Assembly: GCA_050945755.1 (NCBI GenBank)
Contig: JBMNTN010000002.1
Span: 1,662-65,661, forward strand
Direction: 5' to 3'
Length of the DNA stretch: 64,000 nt
Source: Bacillota bacterium
GTDB taxonomy: Bacteria; Bacillota; Dehalobacteriia; Dehalobacteriales; Dehalobacteriaceae
The notes beneath the pieces were generated by a model. That model did not search any database. It was not told the origin of the DNA and saw only the letters and a program-made list of their open reading frames with translations. Shown one piece after another: positions 8,993-18,207 of this stretch. The translations under genes and the position numbers were made by a program. Every line of letters begins with the position of its first letter. Position 1 is the first letter of the stretch.

Positions 8993-10551
8993 GTGAAGAA
9001 AGCTTAAAGACACTCTCACGTAATTATAAACAAAATCTTGATTATTTTAAGGAACAATTGGGTGTGGAACCAAGTTATGATGTGATTTCCCATGAAATGA
9101 TCGTTGGTGGAAAACAAGCTGTTTTGTTTTTTATCCAAGGTTTTGTAGATAATGAAGTTTTATCACACATTGTTGCTAACCTCATCAGGACAAAACGGGA
9201 AGATATAGTACCCAACACCCTAGAAAAATTAAAAAAGCAGCATATACCATACATGCAGTTGGATATGGCAGAAAAGACGGATAAGCTGATTGATGCTGTT
9301 CTGATGGGTATGTGTGTTCTCTTGGTAGAAGGTGAAACTGAAGGCATCATTATTGATTTGCGTAAATATGCAGCCAGAATGCCGGAAGAACCTGATCTGG
9401 AAAAGGTTGTGCGTGGCTCGCGGGATGGCTTTACCGAAACAATTGTCTTCAACACCCAGCTGCTAAGAAGAAGAATTAGAGATCGCAGCTTGCGCATGGA
9501 AGTAATGCAGGTAGGCCGCAGGTCTAAATCGGACGTTTGTATTAGCTACTTGGCGGATGTTGCGAATCTACACCTTGTGGAAGAAATAAAAAAGAGACTG
9601 CGGTCAATTGATATAGATGGTCTGCCCATGGCGGAAAAATCAGTGGAAGAATTAATCACCCCGGGAAGTTACTGGAACCCCCTTCCCAAGGTTCGCTACA
9701 CGGAGCGCCCTGATGTTGCTGCCCAACATATATTGGAGGGGCATATTATCGTGATGGTTGATACTTCCCCCAGTGTTATAATTCTGCCGGCAACGTATTT
9801 TCATCATATTCAGCATGTTGAAGAATATAGGCAGAATCCGACAGTAGGGGCATATTTAAGATGGATTAGGTTTGCAGCCATATTTGTATCAATTTTTTTA
9901 TTGCCCCTTTGGTTTTTGGTTTCCATTGAACCATCATTGCTTCCAGCTTCTTTAAAATATATTGGTCCTGACAAAGTTGGCAAGGTGCCACTAATTGGCC
10001 AATTTGTTATTGCCGAGGGGGCTGTAGACGTAATTCGCATGGCAGCTATTCACACCCCTGCTCCTCTCACAACCTCTCTCGGCTTAATCGCGGCATTAAT
10101 GATCGGAGATTTTGCAGTGAATATTGGTTTATTTGCCCCTGAAGTGGTAATGTATACAGCTGTTGCGGCGACAACAATTTTTTCCACACCGAGCTATGAA
10201 TTAGGTATGGCCCATCGGCTTGCCAGATGGTTACTGTTATTTGCGGTATATTTTTTCAGAATCCCGGGTTTTATTATCGGGACACTATTCTTAATCCTTT
10301 TTGCTGGTCTGACAAAGTCCTTCGGCGTTCCCTATCTATGGCCGCTGGTTCCTTTTAACTATACGGCTTTAAAAACCATATTGCTTCGTACGCCTGTTCC
10401 AGCTCAAAGAGAAAGGCCAAGTTTTCTCTTCCCTCAAGATCCTACCCGGCAAACAGTAAAACCTGCTCCGGCTTTTAAGCCGATGACAAAGGGGGAGGAT
10501 GATTCCGCTAAGAGAGAAGAAGAAAACGGAGGAGGGAAAGATGAAAACTAA
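8989..10551 (+). CDS. spoVAF: stage V sporulation protein AF (GerA-family spore germination protein)
   Basis: 520 aa. GerA-type soluble N-domain plus a C-terminal membrane domain. Start overlaps the spoVAEA stop. Confidence 0.85.
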   Translation: MSEESLKTLSRNYKQNLDYFKEQLGVEPSYDVISHEMIVGGKQAVLFFIQGFVDNEVLSHIVANLIRTKREDIVPNTLEKLKKQHIPYMQLDMAEKTDKLIDAVLMGMCVLLVEGETEGIIIDLRKYAARMPEEPDLEKVVRGSRDGFTETIVFNTQLLRRRIRDRSLRMEVMQVGRRSKSDVCISYLADVANLHLVEEIKKRLRSIDIDGLPMAEKSVEELITPGSYWNPLPKVRYTERPDVAAQHILEGHIIVMVDTSPSVIILPATYFHHIQHVEEYRQNPTVGAYLRWIRFAAIFVSIFLLPLWFLVSIEPSLLPASLKYIGPDKVGKVPLIGQFVIAEGAVDVIRMAAIHTPAPLTTSLGLIAALMIGDFAVNIGLFAPEVVMYTAVAATTIFSTPSYELGMAHRLARWLLLFAVYFFRIPGFIIGTLFLILFAGLTKSFGVPYLWPLVPFNYTALKTILLRTPVPAQRERPSFLFPQDPTRQTVKPAPAFKPMTKGEDDSAKREEENGGGKDEN

Positions 10552-11482
10552 AACAGTGGGTATTCCCCAGGCCATGCTTTATTACTATTATCATTACCTT
10601 TGGAAATCATTTTTTGAAAGATTGGGTTTTCAAGTAAAATTTTCAGGCGAGACAAATAAACAAATTCTTAACGCAGGTATTAGTTCTGCTGTAGACGAGG
10701 CTTGTTTGCCGGTCAAAATCTTTTATGGTCATGTACAGGAGTTAGCTGAAAAAGTTGATTTTTTGTTTCTCCCTAGAGTGGTGAGCACGGAAAAAAGAGA
10801 ATACATGTGCCCCAAGCTTTTAGGCTTGCCAGACATGATCAAAGCATCTCTTGCTCCTAAAACAGTGTTAATTGATGTTAACATCAATATGAGAAACAAA
10901 AATTCTACCATGAATAAAGCTCTGAGGGAAATGGCTCAAATTATTGGCGTTTCTCATAAAAGTGCTTGGGCCGCCTGGAAGTGGGCAGAAAAAAAACAGG
11001 AAGAGTATCGGTCAAATTTGGTTTTAGGCAATCTGCCCTTTGGGCATGAGAAAAATAATTCTTCTTATCAAATTGCCCTTTTGGGTCATGGCTATAATGT
11101 TTTTGATAATTATATCAACATGAAGTTAATTGAAAAACTGCAACTGTTGGGAGCAGATATTAAAACAAAAGAGATGGTTTCCAACGAATTAATTGAAAAA
11201 TATGCTGGCAGCTTGCCCAAAAAAATGTTTTGGACTTTTGGTAAACAACTTTTAGGCAGCGGACTATATTATTTGGACAACCCGAAGATTAAAGGAATCA
11301 TATTTTTAGCTTCTTTTGGTTGTGGACCGGATTCTATCGTTGGTGAACTGTTGGAACGCTGGGCAAAAAGGGGCGAGCAAAAGCCTTTTATGATAATTAC
11401 CATTGATGAGCATACAGGTGAAGCAGGCCTTGTTACCAGAATTGAAGCATTTATGGATATGATTAAACGGAAGGTGAGTTAA
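10541..11482 (+). CDS. acyl-CoA dehydratase activase-related protein (DUF2229/HGD-D-like subunit A)
   Basis: 313 aa from an ATG after GGAGGG. Cys contexts DEACLPVK, YMCPKLLG, FGCGPDS. C-terminal motif ITIDEHTGEAGLVTRIEAF is shared with the next ORF. Confidence 0.65.
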   Translation: MKTKTVGIPQAMLYYYYHYLWKSFFERLGFQVKFSGETNKQILNAGISSAVDEACLPVKIFYGHVQELAEKVDFLFLPRVVSTEKREYMCPKLLGLPDMIKASLAPKTVLIDVNINMRNKNSTMNKALREMAQIIGVSHKSAWAAWKWAEKKQEEYRSNLVLGNLPFGHEKNNSSYQIALLGHGYNVFDNYINMKLIEKLQLLGADIKTKEMVSNELIEKYAGSLPKKMFWTFGKQLLGSGLYYLDNPKIKGIIFLASFGCGPDSIVGELLERWAKRGEQKPFMIITIDEHTGEAGLVTRIEAFMDMIKRKVS

Positions 11483-12597
11483 TGAAAGTCACTTTTCCCC
11501 ATATGGGTAACTTACATATTGTAGCTAAGGCACTTCTTGAGTATTTGGATGTGCCGGTAGTGGTTCCCCCGCCTATCAGTAAGCGCACCCTTAGTTTGGG
11601 ATTAAGCCACTCCCCGGAATTTGCTTGTATTCCTTTAAAAATTAATATGGGAAATTTTATTGAGGCGGCAGAACTTGGTGCAAATACTATTGTAATGGCG
11701 GGAGGGGTGGGCCCTTGCCGTTTTGGATATTATGCCCAAGTGGAACGGGAGATTTTAAAGGACCTTGGTTATAATTATCAAATGATAGTGGTTGAGCCTC
11801 CTGATAGCCATTGGTCGGAAGTAATAGAAAAGATTAAGCTGATCAGTCAAGGGAAACCTTGGTGGCAAATAATCGGCGCCATTAAGTTCGCATGGTTAAA
11901 AGCCCGGGCAGTTGATATGGTGGAACAAAAGGTACAAAAAATACGAGCACGGGAACTGAAAAAGGGGAAGGCCGATATTATTTATCGTCAAGCACTGGAG
12001 CATATTGATTTGGCACAGGATAAACAGGGGGTGCTGAAAGCCCGTGATAATGCACTGGTAAATCTTGATGATGTGCCGGTAGATAAAGATAAGACGGTGT
12101 TAAAGGTAGCGGTAATCGGCGAGATCTATACGATTCTCGAACCATATGTTAATCAAAACATCGAAATGCACTTGGGCAGATTAGGAGTAGAGGTGAGCAG
12201 GTCCATTTATTTAAGCGAGTGGATTAACGATCATTTATTTATGAAAATTTTCCCAATAAGAAGTACAAAAGATTATATCAAAATGGCGACTCCTTATCTT
12301 GGTCATTTTGTTGGTGGTCACGGTCAGGAAACAGTGGGCAGCGCCGTGAAATATAGCCGAACCGGTTTTGACGGAGCAATTCAATTGGCTCCTCTTACTT
12401 GTATGCCGGAAATTGTCGCTCAGTCTATTTTACCGGTAGTGAGCGAAAAAGAAAATTTTCCAACCATGACAATTTATTTTGATGAGCAGACCGGTGAAGC
12501 AGGCATGTTAACCAGGCTGGAAGCATTTATTGATTTGCTTGAACGCAGAGTTGATTTAAAAAGGAGTAAGGATAATGAATGGGTTTTTGGGAATTGA
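11482..12597 (+). CDS. 2-hydroxyacyl-CoA dehydratase-like protein (subunit B, paralog of the preceding ORF)
   Basis: 371 aa, TAATG stop/start overlap. Cys contexts PEFACIPLK, GVGPCRFG, LTCMPEIV. C-terminal motif IYFDEQTGEAGMLTRLEAF. Confidence 0.65.
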   Translation: MKVTFPHMGNLHIVAKALLEYLDVPVVVPPPISKRTLSLGLSHSPEFACIPLKINMGNFIEAAELGANTIVMAGGVGPCRFGYYAQVEREILKDLGYNYQMIVVEPPDSHWSEVIEKIKLISQGKPWWQIIGAIKFAWLKARAVDMVEQKVQKIRARELKKGKADIIYRQALEHIDLAQDKQGVLKARDNALVNLDDVPVDKDKTVLKVAVIGEIYTILEPYVNQNIEMHLGRLGVEVSRSIYLSEWINDHLFMKIFPIRSTKDYIKMATPYLGHFVGGHGQETVGSAVKYSRTGFDGAIQLAPLTCMPEIVAQSILPVVSEKENFPTMTIYFDEQTGEAGMLTRLEAFIDLLERRVDLKRSKDNEWVFGN

Positions 12598-13561
12598 TGT
12601 TGGTTCAGTCAGTACAAATTTGGTAGTCTTAGATGAATCCGGTGCTGTTAAGGATAGTTTTTATCTGCGTACCCAAGGGCAGCCAATAAAAGCGATTAAA
12701 ACATGCTTAAACATGGCAGTGGAAAAATTTCCGGGGTTAAAGGTGTTAAGCGTAGGCACGACAGGCAGCGCCCGCCATTTGGCGTCTGTCATTGTTGGAG
12801 CTGATACAGTTAAAAATGAAATCACAGCACATGCTGTTGCCGCATCATCCATGGTGCCGGGGGTAAGGACAGTAATTGAAATCGGTGGGCAGGACTCCAA
12901 GCTAATTATCCTACGGAACGGGGTGGTAACCGACTTTGCGATGAATACGGTGTGCGCCGCAGGCACAGGTTCTTTTTTGGATCAACAGGCTGCCCGACTG
13001 GGAATACCAATAGAACAATTCGGTGAAATGGCCCGGCGTGCTACTATAGCTGTACGGATTGCCGGACGTTGTGCGGTCTTTGCCGAATCAGACATGATTC
13101 ATAAACAGCAAATGGGGTATAGTTTGGAGGATATTGGGGCCGGTTTATGTGAGGCGCTTGTCAGAAACTTTCTTAATAACCTGGGAAAAGGAAAGGAGAT
13201 TCTTTCACCAATAGTCTTTCAAGGCGGAGTTGCAGCTAATGTGGGGATGCGTGACGCCTTTGCCAAAGCGTTGGCAACAGAGATAATTGTTCCGGAGTAC
13301 TTTGGTGTGATGGGTGCGGTTGGGGCAGCTATTCTTGCTCGAGAATATGCGGCGAAAAACGGACGCACTATGTTCCGTGGGTTTAGTACCTTGGATGTAG
13401 ATTTTAACTCAAAGAGCATTGAATGTAGTGGCTGTCCCAACCAGTGTGAGGTAGTTGCCATTCAGCGGGGAAGCCAAGTTTTGGCTAGGTGGGGTGACCG
13501 ATGCGGGAAATGGTCCGGACTAAATGGCAGTCTGATAAATGAGGAATTAGCTGAAGCATAA
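12575..13561 (+). CDS. BadF/BadG/BcrA/BcrD (HgdC-type) ATPase, CoA-substrate-specific enzyme activase
   Basis: Actin-fold N-terminus GIDVGSVSTN. Cluster-ligand contexts VCAAGTGSF and RCAVFAESD. C-terminal CSGCPNQCE...CGKW. Confidence 0.8.
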   Translation: MNGFLGIDVGSVSTNLVVLDESGAVKDSFYLRTQGQPIKAIKTCLNMAVEKFPGLKVLSVGTTGSARHLASVIVGADTVKNEITAHAVAASSMVPGVRTVIEIGGQDSKLIILRNGVVTDFAMNTVCAAGTGSFLDQQAARLGIPIEQFGEMARRATIAVRIAGRCAVFAESDMIHKQQMGYSLEDIGAGLCEALVRNFLNNLGKGKEILSPIVFQGGVAANVGMRDAFAKALATEIIVPEYFGVMGAVGAAILAREYAAKNGRTMFRGFSTLDVDFNSKSIECSGCPNQCEVVAIQRGSQVLARWGDRCGKWSGLNGSLINEELAEA

Positions 13562-13565
13562 TGTA

Positions 13566-13594
13566 AAAATTTAGCCGGAAGGCTAAATTTTTTA
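13566..13594 (+). terminator. intrinsic terminator ending the spoVA/activase unit
   Basis: aaaatttagcc-ggaa-ggctaaatttt followed by a T run. Confidence 0.75.
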
Positions 13595-13703
13595 TTTAAC
13601 CTTTTTAGATCGCGCTCTCAGGATTTGAAGGATTAAGTATTATAGACTCTGATTAGAAGTTTTGATATAATTAACAAATAATACCGAGTAAGGGGATTGG
13701 GGA

Positions 13704-15002
13704 ATGGACGGGGAAGAAAACCTGAAAGCAAGAATGGAAGCTGTTCTTCCCCAAGAGAATGTAGCTTTAGTAAAAAAAGTTGGTGCTTTCGCTGACCGGT
13801 TAAATATAGGTATTTATTTAGTAGGAGGAATTGTTCGGGACATTATTTTAGGTGTTACCGGTTCAGACCTGGATATTGTTGTCGAGGGAAATGGACTGTT
13901 CTTTGCCCGTTACTTATCTGAAGCTTTCTCGGCACGGCTATCTATATATGAAAGATTTAGGACAGCGAGCGTTTATTTTCAAGAGGGTTTGAAAATCGAC
14001 GTAGCCTCTGCCCGGACAGAGGTTTATCCATATCCGGCGGCTTTGCCTATAGTTAAGAATGGATCTTTAAAACAGGATCTCTTCCGGAGAGATTTTACCA
14101 TCAATGCAATGGCTCTAGGGATCAATCAATCCAATTTTGGCCGGTTAATAGATTTTTTCTCCGGCAAGTTTGATTTGGAGCAGAAATCTATACGAGTTTT
14201 ACATAAAAAAAGTTTTCTTGAAGACCCGACTCGTATTATCCGGGCAGTAAGATTTGAGCAAAGATACAAGTTTACGATTGAACCACAAACATTATACCTT
14301 GCCTATCAGGCGATTAATAATAAGATGATTGAAGAATTGTCCTCTGCCAGATTAAAAGAGGAACTGGTTTTACTTATAGAAGAAGCAGATCCGGCTCCCT
14401 CATTGGAAAGATTGGTTGATTTGGGAATTTGGGAGCAAATTTTCCCGGAGACTTCCTTTACGGAAGAGATAAAATCCTTTTTCCGAGAAGCAACCGTTGT
14501 GCTAAAAGAGATGAGGATATTTTTTCCGAAAATTGATAAATTATTATATTACTTAATTATTTTATGTGCCGACCTCTCGGAACAAGAGATTGGACAGATT
14601 GTCAACCGGATGCAGTTTCCAAAGAATTATGAGAGAATAATTAATCATACTGGGCATATCAAAAGAAAGTTTTTTGTCGGTCAGGGGCTTGCCGCTTCTT
14701 TGGAAATACCAAGTGCATGGCACAATTTTCTTGGTAGTTTACCGGGAGAAAGCATTAGTTATTTATATCTGATAAGCAAAAATGAAAACAGAGAAAAAAT
14801 TAAAAATTACTTAGCTATCAGAAAAACCGTGGTAATGGAAACAACCGGCAAAGACTTAATGAATTTTGGTTTAAAGCCCGGTCCTAAATATCGGAAGCTA
14901 TTAGATGTGATTTTAGCTGCCCGTTTAGACGGTTTAGTGCATAATAAAGAAGATGAAATCAAACTAATCTTAAGGATGGTTGCAAATGAAAGAAATGGAT
15001 GA
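13704..15002 (+). CDS. CCA-adding enzyme / poly(A) polymerase family nucleotidyltransferase
   Basis: GGIVRDIILG...DLDIVVEG head-domain motifs. 432 aa. Confidence 0.8.
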   Translation: MDGEENLKARMEAVLPQENVALVKKVGAFADRLNIGIYLVGGIVRDIILGVTGSDLDIVVEGNGLFFARYLSEAFSARLSIYERFRTASVYFQEGLKIDVASARTEVYPYPAALPIVKNGSLKQDLFRRDFTINAMALGINQSNFGRLIDFFSGKFDLEQKSIRVLHKKSFLEDPTRIIRAVRFEQRYKFTIEPQTLYLAYQAINNKMIEELSSARLKEELVLLIEEADPAPSLERLVDLGIWEQIFPETSFTEEIKSFFREATVVLKEMRIFFPKIDKLLYYLIILCADLSEQEIGQIVNRMQFPKNYERIINHTGHIKRKFFVGQGLAASLEIPSAWHNFLGSLPGESISYLYLISKNENREKIKNYLAIRKTVVMETTGKDLMNFGLKPGPKYRKLLDVILAARLDGLVHNKEDEIKLILRMVANERNG

Positions 15003-15634
15003 ATATAATGGGAAACTTCTCTGATTTATTAATTAATATACCGGCAGTGCTAATCGCACTGACATTTCATGAATACGCTCATGGCATAGTTGCATACCGT
15101 TTGGGTGATCCTACTCCGAAATATCAGGGGCGGTTAACTCTAAATCCTATCGCTCACTTGGACCCGCTGGGCACACTTCTTTTATTATTTGCCAATTTTG
15201 GCTGGGCAAAGCCTGTTCAGGTTAATCCTCTTAATTTTCAGGGAGACCGAGTGCGTGGGATGATGATTGTATCCTTAGCCGGACCTTTTATAAACATTTT
15301 ATTGGCTTATCTTGGAGGGTTATTTTTAGGATTGATGGACCGAGGCACAATCCCGGCTAATTTAATTTTTTGGAAATTTGGTATATCTTTTATTTGGATT
15401 AATCTGGTGTTAGCGGTATTTAACTTGATTCCGGTGCCCCCCTTGGATGGTTCAAAAATATTAGCGGGGATAGTTCCTCGGAGCACGGCAATGAGTATTT
15501 ATCGTATGGAGCAGTATGGCCCGATTATTTTAATGCTATTAATTATTACCGGGGTGACAAGTATGATTCTTGGCCCTGTGGTCAGTGCCCTTGTCCGCAT
15601 AATATTTTTAGCTACAGGTGTCTCTTATATGTGA
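14999..15634 (+). CDS. site-2 protease family (M50) membrane metalloprotease
   Basis: HEYAHG (HExxH) within a TM helix, and a polytopic membrane profile. Confidence 0.8.
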   Translation: MNIMGNFSDLLINIPAVLIALTFHEYAHGIVAYRLGDPTPKYQGRLTLNPIAHLDPLGTLLLLFANFGWAKPVQVNPLNFQGDRVRGMMIVSLAGPFINILLAYLGGLFLGLMDRGTIPANLIFWKFGISFIWINLVLAVFNLIPVPPLDGSKILAGIVPRSTAMSIYRMEQYGPIILMLLIITGVTSMILGPVVSALVRIIFLATGVSYM

Positions 15635-15671
15635 GCAAGAGGTTTTAGCAAAGTGAAAAGGAGAAAAAGTA

Positions 15672-16658
15672 ATGAGTAAAGGAACAATCTTAAGTGGAAT
15701 GAGATCTACAGGGAAATTGCATCTGGGACATTTGAGTGTTTTGGAAAACTGGGTGCGCCTTCAAGAAGAATACAATTGCTATTTTTTCATTGCTGATTGG
15801 CATGCTCTGACAACCGGTTTTGAAGATACATCACGAATCAAACAAAACATTCGGGATATGGCTTTGGATTGGCTTAGCGTTGGGATTGATCCGGAGAAAA
15901 GTGCCGTCTTTGTACAATCGGATGTGAAGGAGCATGCGGAAATGCATCTGCTTCTTTCGATGACGACTCCTCTTTCCTGGCTGGAAAGGGTGCCAACTTA
16001 TAAAGAACAAATTCACCAGTTTGGGCAAAAGGGGAAAGATATCTCAACTTATGGTTTTTTAGGTTATCCGCTATTAATGGCAGCAGATATTTTAGTTTAC
16101 CGAGCTAATGCCGTTCCGGTAGGAGAAGATCAGCTTCCTCATTTAGAATTTTCCCGAGAAATAGTTCGGCGGTTTAATTATTTATTTAATACAGATGTGT
16201 TGATTGAACCACAAGCTCTTTTGGCTAAGGTAAAGTTGCTTCCCGGGATTGACAATCGGAAAATGAGTAAGAGTTATGGCAATGATATTTCTTTAAACGC
16301 TGATTCTAAAGAAATCCAGGCAAAGGTCAGCCAAATGATTACCGATCCGGCTAGGATTCGCAAGACAGATGTCGGACATCCTGATGTTTGTACCGTATTT
16401 ACCTATCACAATTTTTATAATCAGGAAGAACAGGCAAATATCCGCGAAGATTGTTGTGGCGGGTGTATTGGTTGTGTTGCATGCAAAAAGAACTTAACAA
16501 AAAAACTGGATCAATTTATTCAACCAATCCGGGAAAGAAGGGAAGAATTGGCAGCACAGCCAAGATTAGTTGATGAAATATTAGAACATGGGGCGGAAAA
16601 AGCTCGCAAAAAAGCTGCCGAAACAATGGCTATGGTCAGGGAAGCGATGAAAATTTAA
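15672..16658 (+). CDS. trpS: tryptophan--tRNA ligase
   Basis: HIGH-type motif KLHLGHL, KMSKS motif, 328 aa. Confidence 0.95.
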   Translation: MSKGTILSGMRSTGKLHLGHLSVLENWVRLQEEYNCYFFIADWHALTTGFEDTSRIKQNIRDMALDWLSVGIDPEKSAVFVQSDVKEHAEMHLLLSMTTPLSWLERVPTYKEQIHQFGQKGKDISTYGFLGYPLLMAADILVYRANAVPVGEDQLPHLEFSREIVRRFNYLFNTDVLIEPQALLAKVKLLPGIDNRKMSKSYGNDISLNADSKEIQAKVSQMITDPARIRKTDVGHPDVCTVFTYHNFYNQEEQANIREDCCGGCIGCVACKKNLTKKLDQFIQPIRERREELAAQPRLVDEILEHGAEKARKKAAETMAMVREAMKI

Positions 16659-17413
16659 TGAAATATCACGTGAAGCTGGAAGTGTTTGAGGGGCCATTTG
16701 ACCTTCTCTTCCACTTGATCGAAAAAAACGAAGTAGATATTTACGATATTCCAATTGCTGAAATTACTCGCCAATATATAGAGTATATGGATAGTATGCA
16801 AAAATTGGATCTCGAACTGGCCAGCGAATTTTTGGTTATGGCGGCAACTCTTCTCTCTATTAAGGCAAAAATGCTTTTGCCAAAAGAGCCAAAGCCTATG
16901 GGATGTGATAGTAACGATACAGGGGTGGATCCCCGTGATGAATTGGTTGACAGGCTTTTGGAGTATAAAAAATATAAGATAATGGCGGAATACTTAGGAA
17001 GTTTAGAGGCAAAACAAGGAAAGGTTTTTGCCCGCCCTAACGACATGGAGTCTTTTATCAGCCTTTTTGATGATACTAATCCATTAGAAGGGTTAACACT
17101 TTTAGATCTGGTAAAAGCACTTCAGGAAGTATGGACAAAAAAGGAACACGAAGAGCAGTTCCAAGAAATACCTCGTGAAGAGATTTCGATAAAAGAAAAG
17201 ATGGATGAGATCATTGATATTCTTGATCATTCACAGGGAGTAAGTTTTCAAGCTCTTTTTGCTCATCAGGCGGGAAGAACTGAGATTGTTGTTCAATTCT
17301 TAGCACTTTTAGAGTTAGTACGTCTTCAGATGGTTACTGTTCGGCAGTCGGCAACCTGGGGAGAAATTATGATCTTTACAAGAAATAAAAATAATTGCAA
17401 ACTAATGAAGTGA
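16658..17413 (+). CDS. scpA: segregation and condensation protein A
   Basis: N-terminus FEGPFDLLFHLI...DIYDIPIA is typical of ScpA. Followed by scpB. Confidence 0.9.
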   Translation: MKYHVKLEVFEGPFDLLFHLIEKNEVDIYDIPIAEITRQYIEYMDSMQKLDLELASEFLVMAATLLSIKAKMLLPKEPKPMGCDSNDTGVDPRDELVDRLLEYKKYKIMAEYLGSLEAKQGKVFARPNDMESFISLFDDTNPLEGLTLLDLVKALQEVWTKKEHEEQFQEIPREEISIKEKMDEIIDILDHSQGVSFQALFAHQAGRTEIVVQFLALLELVRLQMVTVRQSATWGEIMIFTRNKNNCKLMK

Positions 17414-17436
17414 TGAAATATTTCTATGGGGGAAAG

Positions 17437-17973
17437 ATGTGGACTAAAATGGGCGTACTCTTCAGCGATGATATAAAGGCAGCCATTGAATGCCTTTTGT
17501 TTGTAGCCAATGAACCGTTATCCGTTGAGAAAATTGCCGAGATTGTAGAAATTTCTCCAAAAGATGTTCAGATACTGTTGGAAGAAATCCGGCAGTATGA
17601 CCAAGGCAGAGGATTTGAATTGGTAGAGATTGGAGGCGGGTGGCAAATGTGTACACGGCCTGAGTTATCAGGTTTTGTGGAAAAGCTTTATCGCCCAAAA
17701 GTAGACACTCTTTCAAAGGCAGCTTTGGAAACATTGGCTATTGTAGCCTATAGACAGCCGGTTACCAGGGCGGAAATAGAAGGTATTCGAGGCGTTAAAA
17801 TTGATGGCGTCCTTAGCACTTTGCTGGAAAAGAATTTGGTGCGGGAAGTTGGACGGAAAAGTACTCCCGGAAAACCTATTTTATACGGTACAACTGTTGA
17901 ATTTCTTCGTTATTTTGGTTTAAATACTTTAGAGGAACTGCCTTCCCCAGACGATTTAGCGACAGGGACATAA
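17437..17973 (+). CDS. scpB: segregation and condensation protein B
   Basis: AIECLLFVANEPLS and RGV..DGVL..L winged-helix repeats. The start is uncertain: in-frame ATGs at 17395, 17413, 17437 and 17449. Confidence 0.85.
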   Translation: MWTKMGVLFSDDIKAAIECLLFVANEPLSVEKIAEIVEISPKDVQILLEEIRQYDQGRGFELVEIGGGWQMCTRPELSGFVEKLYRPKVDTLSKAALETLAIVAYRQPVTRAEIEGIRGVKIDGVLSTLLEKNLVREVGRKSTPGKPILYGTTVEFLRYFGLNTLEELPSPDDLATGT

Positions 17974-18004
17974 TCCAAAATTAATATCTTATTATTTAAT
18001 AATA

Positions 18005-18030
18005 AAGGGGCTTCTCAGAGCCTCTTTTTT
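18005..18030 (+). terminator. intrinsic terminator after scpB
   Basis: ggggct / agcctc stem followed by a T6 run. Confidence 0.65.
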
Positions 18031-18207
18031 ATTTATTTTTAAAAGGGTTACCAAATGAAGTTGTTTTCTTTAAGCCAAGTTCCAAAGCAAGCTAGTATAT
18101 TCAGGAAACATTCATTTTAGAGATAACCGATCAAGTAAGCGTAATGACACCCGGACAGTTACTTCCGACATATATTGATATTAAATTGATGGCAAAGGAG
18201 GCTCTGC

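Noticed and set aside
15635-15671. T-box leader upstream of trpS. Similarly, an L-box/lysine riboswitch upstream of aspartate kinase (46264-46326).
   Set aside because: The intergenic spaces are only 37 and 63 nt, far too short for these riboswitches.
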